64,000 nt of DNA, from assembly GCA_017499595.2 (NCBI GenBank), contig CM039000.1, positions 1,302,001 to 1,366,000 on the forward strand, read 5' to 3'. Below are positions 48,232-60,025 of this stretch, in pieces (position 1 is the stretch's first letter; each line of letters begins with the position of its first letter). Origin of the DNA: Psilocybe cubensis. Its lineage: Eukaryota. Made by a program: the position numbers and the translations under genes. Under the pieces are notes generated by a model, which saw nothing but the letters and a program-made list of their open reading frames with translations, was not told the origin of the DNA and ran no database searches.

Positions 48232-49683
48232 ATGACCGCCCTCAACAAGAACAATTCCGGTCAGTCAGCCTATAACCAATTGGAAGCCTCGTCAAACTAA
48301 TTAGGGATTGTAGCTGTAAAGCGCATCATGCAAGAGGCGAGAGAGCTAGCCAACGACCCATGTACAGACTATTCTGCTGGTCCCCTTGAGGTAATTTCTT
48401 TCATAGTTTGATTTGCCACCCACCCGGGGCTGACGAGCATCATGTACCCCGCAAACCGCACTCTTAAGGATGACATATTCGTAAGTATACCCTGGTTCCC
48501 CTGCTTGGCCATACGTATATTTACTGACGTATTATACCTCAGGAATGGCACTGCACACTACGAGGGCCTGCAGGAACTGAATTCGATGGCGGCCTTTATC
48601 ACTTTCGTATCCTACTCCCAGCAGAATATCCATTTCGACCTCCATCCATCATGATATTGACTCCCAATGGAAGATTTGAACTGAACACCAAGGTAGGTCG
48701 TTATTTCGCCCAGATGCGCGTGGGTTACGGTTGACTTTGTGGTGTTCAATTCATATCAGATTTGCATTAGCTTTACAAGTTGTGCGTCGTGTTCCACTTA
48801 GACGTGTATTCTTTGAGGATCTCATTCTGGTTCAGATCATGAGGAACTCTGGCAACCTGCATGGGGAGTGCGAACAGGTATGCCCAACTGTTCTGAACCT
48901 GCGCCTATAGTGCTAACCGTTTCCTTTCATCCAGCCATTCTCGGTTTACAAGGCTTCTTTCCATTAAAGGGGCAGGCGGCGGTTGGTGTTGGATCTATTG
49001 AGTACCCTGCGTCGGAAAGGAAAAGGTTGGCTGCTTTGTGAGTTTTCTTTCTCTCCGTTTGTTCGAGTTTCGTTCTCAAGCTGGTGTACTTTCTAAGATC
49101 GAGAGAGTGGACATGCCCACATTGCAAACAATCGAATCTTGAGTTACTACCCGACCCTCCTGCATCTACGAGCGCCAGTAGTGATCAACCGGTTGCAGAG
49201 GATGCAGATGTTGCGCCGACAACGGTTGCAGCCGCTGAAATCGTCCCCCCTGCAGAGATTGAACCCGCTCCGAAAGGGTCTGCCGCCCCTCTTCCTGAAC
49301 AGGCCGACGGATCAAAGGAAGCTGATCAATCGACGATGACCGAGCCACGGCTCACAGTTGCTGAAGAAAATGACATGCGAGCGATGGCCCAGGCATTACA
49401 TGACAAATTAAACAAACTGCAGAGTAGGGAGGCCGTACGAGAGGCCGAGACACTGCGAAACCTGTCTTCCAGACCGCAGCAAGCTCACGTCGTCCGAAAC
49501 GAACCTGCAGCATCGGAGTCGCCGCGTGTGGCGTCGAGTGTCTCGACACCTGCTACGCCCAGCGGACCGACAGCAACACGTACGATGCAGAGGAGCGCCC
49601 ACAAACCACCACTACTACTGGACACTGCTATTTGCATCCTTTTGGTTTTATTGTTTGCGATCATTTGCCGCAGAATGGTTTAA
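48232..49683 (+). CDS. Tail-anchored ubiquitin-conjugating enzyme E2 (UBC6/UBE2J1-like)
   Basis: AVKRIMQEAREL..AGPLE/DDIF/EWHCTLRGP..FDGGLYHFRILLPAEYPFRPPSI..TPNGRFELNTK/ICISFTS/YHEELWQPAWGVRT; C-terminal TM LDTAICILLVLLFAIIC. Confidence 0.95.
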
Positions 49684-49936
49684 TTTTGTAATTTGTCTTA
49701 GTCGGCGTCTACGCTTGCTCTATGTATTTTTTTCTAGTGGATCTGTACAAGTTGTAATATAGTAGGAACGGAAATGTACAAGAGGGAATGAATTGATTGG
49801 ATGGATTGGGACCGGCGGCTAGACTTGATTAAGACAAAGTCCGAGACAATCGAGGCCGAAGGAGTGATATGAGAGAATTTGATTTCAAGACGACTTAAAT
49901 AAAACACTGTTATGAATGTAAACCGATCTACTGCCC

Positions 49937-50524
49937 ATGGCTTCAGACAATCCCTCCTCCTCCCCCTCCACACTCAAGCCCCATGTATCCATGCCCCGCA
50001 GGAACTCTCTGCGCCTTCCAAACCAGCCCCCCTCGACGCCAATTCCACCGTCTCTCAGGCAGTCGCCCTATCTCAACGCACCCATCTTCAAGCGCGAGAT
50101 CTCGTCGCCAAATTTTCCTACTGAAGAGGATGAGAAATGGCTGCAGGACACCATTCCCATCCCCTCCACAAGCAACGATCCCGCCCACAGTCCAGGTAGT
50201 GCTAAGGCTCATTCAGACAGACGAGGGAGCGTTAATCAGCCCAACTCAAGACACTTCGCAGTCCCTGGTGTGGCCGTCACGTCACCGTACCTCGAAGTTC
50301 CCTCGTCGCCGTATATGCCCAGCAGCAGGCCCAAGGCACAGACGGACAAATATCTCGCCCATTCCCTCGCGCCTCCGCCGACCTATGATATCTGCCCATT
50401 AACCAGCACGGGCAGCGCCCCTAAACCCGCCCCTTTGAACCAGACTCAGTCAGAGTCCAGTGTCTCACGTCTATCAACCAGTTCGAACCAAAGTTACTTC
50501 CCTCGTGTACCTCCCATGAGGTAG
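49937..50524 (+). CDS. Hypothetical Ser/Pro-rich disordered protein (single exon, 195 aa)
   Basis: cccATGGC context, coherent ORF with a short motif-like segment SPYLNAPIF..EEDEKWLQDTIP, followed by a pyrimidine-rich 3' region. Confidence 0.65.
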   Translation: MASDNPSSSPSTLKPHVSMPRRNSLRLPNQPPSTPIPPSLRQSPYLNAPIFKREISSPNFPTEEDEKWLQDTIPIPSTSNDPAHSPGSAKAHSDRRGSVNQPNSRHFAVPGVAVTSPYLEVPSSPYMPSSRPKAQTDKYLAHSLAPPPTYDICPLTSTGSAPKPAPLNQTQSESSVSRLSTSSNQSYFPRVPPMR

Positions 50525-51364
50525 GACGTCGGTCAGGCCAAATCTTCATTCTCAATTCTGTAATCCTATCACGACACGCCGCACACAAACATACGCCCAC
50601 ATCCACTATCTCCTACGAAAAAGTTCCCCGGCACATTTGCTCCTTTGCATGACTCTTTTCTCACTCTAGGTGGCAAGGGGAGCTCACCCAAGTTTTTTAT
50701 ATTATTTATTAGCTTTCGCATTCTCAAGTCGACACGAGGATGAGACCTACCACATTTCCAGGTCATCACACCTCCTTTTTATTCTGCATACTCATTCTTG
50801 GGCTTTTCTACGAGGGTTTTATGGGCACTGACTGGATATCATTATCAACTACTTCAACGACGGACACTGTTTTTATATGTACAACTATACACTAGCTACA
50901 GCTCTCCATCCACTTAGACGCATACTGGCATAACAAACGATTTTCTACTTTTGTTCTTTGATAGGGAAATGAAGAATCCGACTGTTGTTCAGAGCTACGG
51001 CTGTGAGGCACAGAGTAACAGCCGCAGTTCGCTGGCTAGGCACCAGCTGTCTACAGAGAAAACAGGCAGCCTCACAGAAAAAGCAAGTCACGCACATTAC
51101 CTTTGTCGTATGACGTTGCTCTCCGGTGTAGGACCACCAGGCAGGCAGTGGGCCAGTAAAGAATTAGCACACCTGTCTATCACCACGAGTCCGTACAAAA
51201 AGTCCCAGGTCTTAGCCGCCGTCGAGGACAACGACTACTAGAGCGCTTGAATAATAGCCCCTTTTGTAGTTTGATCACCAAGCCGTACTACTTTGTCATT
51301 TCTTTATCTCAGCCGTACCCGCCCTTCCACGACGACGACCGCGACACCGCTCTACCGAGTGACC

Positions 51365-53053
51365 ATGGCCACGGATGCTCTGTACAGCACCCTACGCCAT
51401 TTTGCAGATGCTACCAACGATCTTGTCTGTTCGACGCCAGAATTTGTCCTAAGACGACCCACAAAGAAATTATGCGACCGTGACCAGCAGGCGGGCTCAT
51501 CGTCCGTGGCGACGTCAACGAGTTTGAGTCACCTCCAAGAGCCCACACTGAGGCCCAAATTGCCTATGGAAATACTGGATGCCATCTTTCTCCTGCTTCC
51601 CCATGATCACCTCAAGCCCCTGCTGTTTACCAATTCCTTTATCTCGGCTCTGGCCGCTAGACGGTTGTATCACACCGTCCACCTCGGGATACCGAGCACT
51701 ATCATCCAATTTCTGAAAGGCATCGTGAAGAAGCCTGAGCTCGCGAGCCTGGTGCGGGTGCTAGACCTGCACATCAACCCGTACACGCCCATATCCAATT
51801 TCTATACCCTGCTCCATCGCGCTCTGCTCCTTACAACAGGCCTCACCTCTCTATTTCTGGAGCTACCAAAGACACACTCCCCACTATGGATATTCGACCG
51901 CTGCACATTCAAACTGCGGCAGTTCACAACGTCGATGTACTGCCGCCGGCCCCTGGCGTCTTTCCTTGAAGCGCAGAGCTCCATCGTCGACCTTACGCTG
52001 CGAGGGTACCAGACCGACTCAGTGTTCTTCCTCCCGTTCATCGACCCGCTGCCGCCGTCGATGCAGGTGCCGAACGCGGACGCATTTATCCTCTCCCCGG
52101 AGGCGCTCCCGCGGCTACGGTCGTTCAACGCGGTGCATGCGGACGCGTGCATCGTCCAGGCGGTGGTGCAGGGCCGCCCGGTGCAGGTGGTGTCTATCCC
52201 CCTGTTCTCAGAGATGAGCGTCGCTGCGCTCGACGCACTGAAGATGTCCACCGCGTCTTTGAAGAGGCTGAGTGTGATCAGCTTTGACCCCACCGCTCCG
52301 TCGTTTTTGTTCGAAGCGCTCGCGCAAAGATTCGAGGAGCTGGAGGCGTTGCATCTTGTCATGTTGATGGCTGAGTACAGCAACGTTAGTTTGAATGATA
52401 TCCCCCCTTTTTTTCTATCTGTTCTGTAGTATCTGAAAAGCTGACATGGTATACAGGAACTTCTGGAGCAGTCAGCCAATATTCTGTCCAGATTTAAATG
52501 TCTAAAAGTGAGTAGGAAAACATTACTGTCCTAATCTCTTTTAGTTACAGAACCGTATTTCAACATAATTTAGTACATCACTTTCATGGCTGCCCCACCA
52601 CCGATGGTGCAGCCCGCGAACGTCGCGAACGGGAATGTCACCCCAGCGACTGAGGAGGACGAAGGGCGCATAGCCAAAATGTGGCATCGCGCCTGTCCTA
52701 CTCTCCGAACCATCATTCTGCCCAAAGGCAAGGTGTGGTTCCAAAACTCTCCCGCGCCATCAGCGACGGCGACAACGGCCCACGGGGTAGGAAACACAAG
52801 TACCGCCTCTGTTCAAACAGTAACAACGCCCTCTGAGACATCTACAGAGGCAGGAGGAGGAGGAGCGATAGCGCAGTCTGCAAGTGGCAGCGACAGCAAC
52901 GCTGACGCTTCAGACGACTCCAATGGCCCTGGGATGGTCTACATCGGCGACGCCCAGAGTTTCGAGCAGGATATGTTGGACGCGGTAGTTTCTGAAAATG
53001 CTTACAACGGTAGTAGCAACACTAACAATGATGTCCAATGGTCGCATCTGTGA
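51365..53053 (+). CDS. F-box-like/leucine-rich-repeat-like fungal protein
   Basis: PKLPMEILDAIFLLL..LKPLLFTNSFISALAARRLYHTV (F-box-like); LRxL repeats; KMWHRACPTLRTIILP. Start uncertain. Confidence 0.8.
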
Positions 53054-53345
53054 TTGGTATGTAATCGCCGTTAATATCTGTATTGCTGTATATTCCAGAG
53101 GTTTGAGGCAAGGTCTGTGTATTTTTATCGGTCAATAGAGTCATTTTTGGGGCATAGGTTCAAGCATTTTGGCACAACGTGCTTTTCGTTATTGCTCAAG
53201 GAGCCATCCTTTTCATGAAAAGGAAAATACAGCGCCCGTACACTAAGGATATAATTGACCAGGCACATAAAAATTTGACATGGATTTAAAAGAAAAGAAA
53301 GCATTACAAGAAAACTAAAATGAGCATCGAACATAGGAAACGGGA

Positions 53346-56017
53346 TTACTTTTTCTTGGCATCCCGAACGCTGAAGACCAGCATGTCTTCGTCCTCCAGA
53401 TTGGAGTAGGCGATTGACGTTGAGTTGGTCAGCATTTTGCCCATGTAGGACAGACGGATTCGGGATGCTGGTACGGTGCTGCCCGTGTGCTGCAAGATAC
53501 GGTCTCGTAATGTCGACACAAGGAGGTTGAGGGGTAAATCGGGGATTGTGACGACCTGGCCTTGCAATTTCCATTCGGGCTTTGATGGGTCATTAGGCAT
53601 CTGTACTTGAAGAGAAATAGGATGCTGGGGAAGAAAATGTAATGAATATGCATATATTCGATGATAAATTCCAATGAACTACTTACCGGGTGCATTGAGA
53701 TCCAGTCTTCTTCAGGATAAAGAGCACCGCCAGGAAGCTTGGCGACGCGCTGCCTTTTGGCAGGGGGTATTTCGTCGGGGTTTCCACCTTCCATTTCATC
53801 AGCAGACCGTACCATTCCGGCCTGAACGCTCTGGATGACGCTGTTAGCCGCAGCAAGCGCCGCCATACGGGTTGGGTGCATGCCAGGTGCAACTGGAGGT
53901 GCAGGCTGATAGCCAAATGGCTGAGCAGAGTCCATACCCTGGTAGTGTAAAGGTGGAAGCATGACAGGTGGTTGTGCACTGTACATCGAGGCAGGCTGTG
54001 GTCCTGAGGAGATAGTGGCAGCAGAATACGCTCCTGAATTTGTAGGAGGCGCTGGGAGTGATGCAGGAGCAGGAGGGAGAGAAGTCAAAGGAGGAGGGAC
54101 AGCAGCTGGGCCAATTCCAGGACCAATGGCATTTGCTTCTTGTCTATAATCATGATCAATAAACAATGTAATGAAAAGGACTTAACAAAACGTACGGTCC
54201 AAGACCCTTTGCACGATGAATGGCGGCAATCTGCTCGTCGGTATTGACATTCCTGGAGAACTTGTCCAGGGTGTTGGCTTTGCTGGCAGTATGACCATCC
54301 CAAACAACCTTTTCCCTTTCCTTGCGCTTCTCCCTCTCCGCAGCCTCCTCGCGCTTCCTTCGTTCCTCGTCTGTCTCTGTTCCGAAAATATCCACACGAG
54401 TACGCGCCAGGCCTTGCAAAGAGGCCACGACATTGGCACCCCTCTGTAATTCTGATGCTTGGGCTTTGCGAGCTTCGAGATTGTCTCGCTGCTCCTTCCA
54501 TTTGGGATCTAGCAGCTCGATACGCATATGCTCCTGGAGCTCGTCGACAGGGATTTGTTGACCACAAATTGTACATGTAGTCATTGCAACCTTGCTCTTC
54601 TTCTCTCCGACTATGGATAAACTCGTGAGGAGTCAAATGGATTGCTGAAAAAGTAAAATGCTCACGTTTGGGTACATAATCCGTCCTGATCTTCATAGGA
54701 CCGGCAGGATTCATTGCATTGGCTTGCAAAGCTTGAGCTTGAGCGATAGCTCTTTGAATGTCTTCGCGTTCCTTCTTCTGCTTGTTCGCAACCTCTTCCT
54801 CATCGTCACTCTGTTCCATCTCAGCATCTTCTTCATCTCCAGCTCCAGCGCCTCCGACAGCAGCCGCAGCCTCGGCCTCGGCGGCAGCCTGGCGTGAACG
54901 ATGCGCTTCGATGTCGTCGGCTGTTGTTTCCATAATCATTGCAGCCATGCGCTTCTGAGCCAACGTCATATTTTCAACCTCCTGCACGCTCATAGGAGGA
55001 GGAAGTTCGGAGTTGGCATCCACGGCTGTAAATTCGATGGTTTGCACAATGGCATAATCATGCCAGTCAATCTCAGCAAAGGCACCTGTAAATAAACACG
55101 GTCAATACGTTCACGCAGGTAAAAAGAAAGAAGAAACGCACGTTTTTCCGCCTCTTGGTCATCATACCTCTTTTGCTCCTTTTCGCGCTTGTTTTTCTCC
55201 CATTTGGCGTGTTGGCGAGCGGTCTCGAGCATTTTCCATTTCGCTCCTTCTTTCGTGCGCTCTTTTAGCTGTTCCAGCATCTCCTTATTAGGCTGGATGA
55301 CTTTGGTATACTGCTCCACCAACCGATTAAAGTAGCCAAACAAAGAATGTGTTGGGCGCAAGAAATCGAACTGATAGTTGCGACCTTCACGCGAAGAAAG
55401 GGTGGCCAAGAAGCTTCGGCCACGACGAGCAGTAAACAGAGCTGTGAGCTTCATGATATCCCTAAGATACATCTTGGTAACGAGACATCGTTGTAAGAGA
55501 AGAGGGGACGCACAAGTCAATTGGGCTGATGTTTGGTAGATCGAGGATAAATTCTGGAGGAGGAGGTTCGACTCCGATATCAACAGGTTCACGGGCTTCA
55601 GTCACCTCTGCGCCCTTTTCTTTTGGGGCGGACTCGTCATCAACTTCACCCCGCGCAACCTTGTCCATTCTGTCCCGATAGTACGCATGGTATGGATCGG
55701 CGGGGTTGAGGAAAGAGAATTTCGGGTCGGCACGTTGTCCCTCTCGTACCCTCTCTTCGAATTGCGGCGGGTTAGCGGAACGAGCAACGTAGGTAGCTGT
55801 TCGGTCGATGACGGCTGGAAACCAGTTGGAAATTTGTTAGGGTAAATGTAGTTGAACGAAACTGCTACGCACCCTTTATGTCAGGTGGGGGAAGGATGAG
55901 GCCGCTGCTGAAACGTAAACTGGATGCACCAGAGGCTGGGGAAGGGTCAGCCATCTGGAAGTCAGCATGGCCGTTGAGGCCGTGGGCGTGTCCATTGGCG
56001 AGCGCAACTTCAGCCAT
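53346..56017 (-). CDS. PRP21: Splicing factor 3A subunit 1 (SURP x2, PRP21 domain, C-terminal ubiquitin-like domain)
   Basis: GLILPPPDIK/..IDRTATYVAR..KFSFLNPADPYHAYY; IMKLTALFTARRGRSF..NYQFDFLRPTHSLFGYF; AEIDWHDY; EHMRIELLDPKWKEQ; UBL ending ..VRDAKKK*. Confidence 0.96.
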
Positions 56018-56169
56018 GGTGAAAAGAATGAAAGATACGTTGGCGTTGCACAGGCTCAATTTGGTCACAAACACCTCTACAAAGTCCTTTTTCTCACGAT
56101 CAGTATCTGTTTTCGTCAAGCATTTACGCTGCCCAGTGCTTTCTTCCACAACCTCCGTCTGGCTCCCTG

Positions 56170-56658
56170 ATGTTTGGCGCGTTCAGGCCCTCTAATGTGA
56201 ACTCCGTTGGTCTTCTATGGTATGTTCTCATTCTTTTCTGTTGGCTCTTGTACCCGAATGACACCAACCGTAGGAAGACACCATGGAAATTGTCAGTCAC
56301 GCGAAAAGCAAATGCTAGGGCAAGGCTAAAGAAGGTGGACGCCGTCATCGAAGCTGTGAGGGCTAGTGGAGTGCAAACTGCATCGCTGGTGCGTGTTTAT
56401 TTGTTTTGATGGAGTTGTGAACTCATTTGAGTCCTTTTACACCTAGGCTCGCGCTCTGGAGTTACCTAAAGAACACGAAATGCCTGCCCGGGACAAGTAT
56501 ACCGTCTTCAGTCCCCACGCAAAAGGATACCGAAAGGGAATTCATAAGGTTCCTAAATGGACAAGGGTTCGTTTTTTATACCTGGAATGATTATGACTTT
56601 AACCGTAGCCGCAATATTTTTACAGCTAACGCTTAGAACGAACCCCAAAGGTTTCTAA
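56170..56658 (+). CDS. MRPL31: Mitochondrial ribosomal large-subunit protein mL60
   Basis: [36 protein letters not shown]../..[40 protein letters not shown]. Confidence 0.93.
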
Positions 56659-56696
56659 AAGTGCAGTCGCAAGCACTATGTATTTCCATATAATTT

Positions 56697-57878
56697 TTAG
56701 AACAACACTACTTGAATCTTCCCCTCTTTAATACCCTTCAAAACGAGCTCGTTATTCAAGACCGTTTGAAAGACCTCATCCCTTGTTTCGGGAATCTCTA
56801 ACAGATTGCGATTCTTGGCGTCCTTATATGTGATATCCAAGATGATGTGGGAAAGAGCAGACACATTCAGCGCATCTGTAGGAAAGTGATCTTAAGCATA
56901 TGCTATGGAGTAATGAGGATTCAACATACCTGTATCATTGAGCAACTTTCCCAATCGACCTGGAGTTCCAACAGCTGCTCCAACTTTCGTCCGTTTAAGG
57001 TAGGCTACGTGTTGCGCAAGCTTGAAGTGTTTGGCGAACAGTTTGGCGACATCTCCACCCTTATCACCTTGAAGTTTATTATTCTTGAGCACCCGAGTGA
57101 CATCTGCAACTCTTAGAGCAGCTCCAGCGATGTAGAGTAGTGTAGGTGCTCCATTTGATTTCGATTTCTGTGATAACCGAAGGCGCAGGCTAGGAAGAAC
57201 TGTTCCGAATAGCTGGGTGAGCGAAGTACAAGATAGAAATAGACCTACTTACCTTTCGTGATAAAACCCACTAGCCCATCCAGTGTTCGTGATTCCGTCC
57301 ATGCGGTCGTATCCGCTATTGATGATTCTGTCTGCATGTTAATTTGAGCCTGTCCTTCTGTGAAATTAAGCGTAGTCCGTACCTGGTATCCGCAGGTCGT
57401 CTAATTCAATAGCTGATAGCTTTGGGAAACTTTTAGCCTGCATTGCAGCCAAATAATCTGAAAGCTTCTGAGGTGACTGAGAAGCTATTGAGCCCTCTAT
57501 CTTTTCTGTAGCTTCTGCCAATTTGATTTTCTACATGAAAGTCATAATTAGTTTGCAGTTATAAGAGTCTTGATGAAAGCAGGCATGAGAGGCCGCACGC
57601 ACCTTTGCCTTCCGCTCTTTCTCTTTCTCTCTACGCTTTCGCTTTTTGGCCCGAGCAGCATCGGTGTCTTTCGTCGACGATGCAATGTTATCGTGGTCGT
57701 TATCATTTCCATACTCATCGTCGTCGTCCTCACCGTCTTGCCCCTCGTCTGACCCTGCATCGACAAAGACGTCTTCATCATCTAGTTGAACTACATTGTC
57801 GAGACCTTCGTCTCCAGAAAGTGCCACCGTGTCGTCCAAAACAAAGTCGTCTTCTAGGTCGTCTCCTACTTGATTCAT
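56697..57878 (-). CDS. CMS1: Cms1/CMSS1 90S pre-ribosome-associated helicase-like protein
   Basis: GDDLEDDFV acidic N-terminus; KKRKRREKEKERK; LSAIELDDLRIP; GAPTLLYIAGAALRVADV; VAKLFAKHFKL..H; VGTPGRLGKLL; ILDITYKDAKNRNLLEIPETR. Confidence 0.9.
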
Positions 57879-58060
57879 TATTGATAGAGGGATTAGCACA
57901 GTGAACTAGGAGAATCGCCAAGACTTAGTGTCCAAAAAATCAATCATCACGTGGTACCAATTTATTGCGGCGAAGTTTGGGATTGGAAGCTATCGACTGC
58001 AACGGCGGAGTGCTCCACGCAAGGCAAAGGCCTGCCTTTCTTCACCGACGAATGTGAAGA

Positions 58061-59503
58061 ATGGTTCCGAGCCTAATGCCAGTATCTGGCGTTGTGCCTT
58101 GTTTCAAGACATTGGTAGTAAATCAGTGGCTGCCTTGCATGCTGGTTATGATTGCAACGTGCCTTTTACGCTCATTCTATAAGCGTGTAATAGCTTCTCG
58201 AGACAAAGCACAAAGCACTTCATCTCAGACTTCTTCTATACAAGCCAATCCTATATTTTCTGAAAAGCCTCAACCCCCTGCTGCCCAGCCCACATCCCCT
58301 CCTACACCGTCATCCTCCAAAAAGAATATGCGCTACCTCAAAAACACCCGCCGCGTCAAAGGAAAGAAACAGTTTGTTCAGCCAACCACCCCCATCGTTC
58401 ATCAGAAGACAAAGCAGCCTTATGAAGTCTTTCTAATCCTCGATATCGAAGGCACTTGCAAACCAGGAACGGACTTTAACTATCCGAATGAAATCATTGT
58501 ACGTGATCGCAGCGCGAATCCAAAGAAGCGAACGCGCGCCTAACCCCTTTCTTTGCATAGGAACTCCCAGTGTCTGTATTGCAGTGGACTGATAGGAGCG
58601 AGGATGGGCGGGCTGATACCCTAGAGGTTATCGATGAATTCCGCTCTTTTGTTCGACCTACCTGGAGGCCGACACTGTCAGCTTTTTGCACGGAGCTGAC
58701 AGGAATAACTCAAGTTCGTGTCACCCCTTTTTCACAATATGATCTATTATTGATAATGCTATAGGAGCAAGTGGATGTAGCTCCATGTTTCTCAGAAGTA
58801 CTGGTGCAATTGGAAGCATTCCTTGTGAAGAACGGCCTATTGGAGGAAGGAACAGGGAGACGCCTAAAGCGATATTGTTGGTGTAGTGATGGCCCATGGG
58901 ATATTCGTGATTTTTTCGTAAAACAGTGTTTTATATCCCAGGTTAGTACAACAGTACAAATTCCATGCTTTTATCGCGTTGCAAATCTTCGTTTATTTTT
59001 TGTTGGAGTTTAGGTTCAAATGCCGGCGTGGATCCAGGGTGACATCCTCGATGTAAGGTCCACCGTTCTCCACTGGATGTATTCAGAACCCACTGCGGCC
59101 TCGAAAGTTCCAGCAACACACGTATGACGCATTTCTCCGCCCAGTGACCTGTTTTCCATCAGCTCTGACAATGCATTACCCAGATTCATGGTTCAAAGCG
59201 ACCATCGTTGAACATCTCTGCGCAGTTAAAGGTACTGGGCTTACCGGACTTTGAAGGCAGACAGCATAGTGGCATCGACGTCAGTAGGAAAAGCCCCCGT
59301 CTTTTCAAGCCTATTTTTGCTTTCGTGGATATCTTGCTGATTCGGTTATTCGACGTTCATAGGATACCCGTAACATCGCCAAGATTGTTACCGAGCTGGC
59401 GAGGCGAGGAGTACGCCTGTTTCCGAATACCGCAATAGATCCACGCAGAAGATGGCAATGGATGGGAAAACATGGCCAGGTTTTGGAGGAGGGACTCCCT
59501 TGA
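58061..59503 (+). CDS. ERI1-like DEDDh 3'-5' exoribonuclease
   Basis: FLILDIEGTC..YPNEII/ELP; EFRSFVRPTWRPTLSAFCTELTGITQ; WCSDGPWDIRDF; LGLPDFEGRQHSGID/DTRNIAKI; stop 59501-59503. Confidence 0.93.
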
Positions 59504-60025
59504 AGAGCTGATGACTCTTTGTACCATTAGTTTGGGGTCATAGGCTGAATTATGGTCCCGCTTACGCAGATTTCAGGGGCTCCAGTGGTCCGCGTTGTAC
59601 GCCTAGACTTGCAATTATGACCGTCCTGTGTCAATTTCTCGATTCATAAGGTCAATGCAAATATCAAAAGGACGCGTAGAATGTTGGTTTATTATATTGA
59701 CCAGAGAACGTCTTCAATAACTGAGTCTTGTGCTGACGGATGCTCTATTTTATTCTCACATACTTACCGGGTTCAATGCCTTGTTGATACCTTGTATAGC
59801 AAAATTCTCCTTCGGTCAAAAATAGATGTAAATGTATTATCATCGACACCAGCTGCTAAATAAAACTGCGCGAAGCTATTGATACAGTGTGGCAAACCCA
59901 GGTCAAGTGTAATGTAAAGTATGCGGGAAATCTATTGCTTAGTGGGCCGTGAGCCGTCTCATTTCATCACACGACGTTATTAAATATGCAAAATGGGGAG
60001 GCTTTGAAAAGACTCAAAAGCGTTT

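Noticed and set aside
14093..59503. Apparent concentration of RNA-processing and decay genes (SMG6-like, NYN x2, ERI1-like, STRAP, SF3A1, CMS1) as a functional cluster
   Set aside because: They are spread over 45 kb among unrelated genes, belong to a large functional class, and show no shared regulatory signature.
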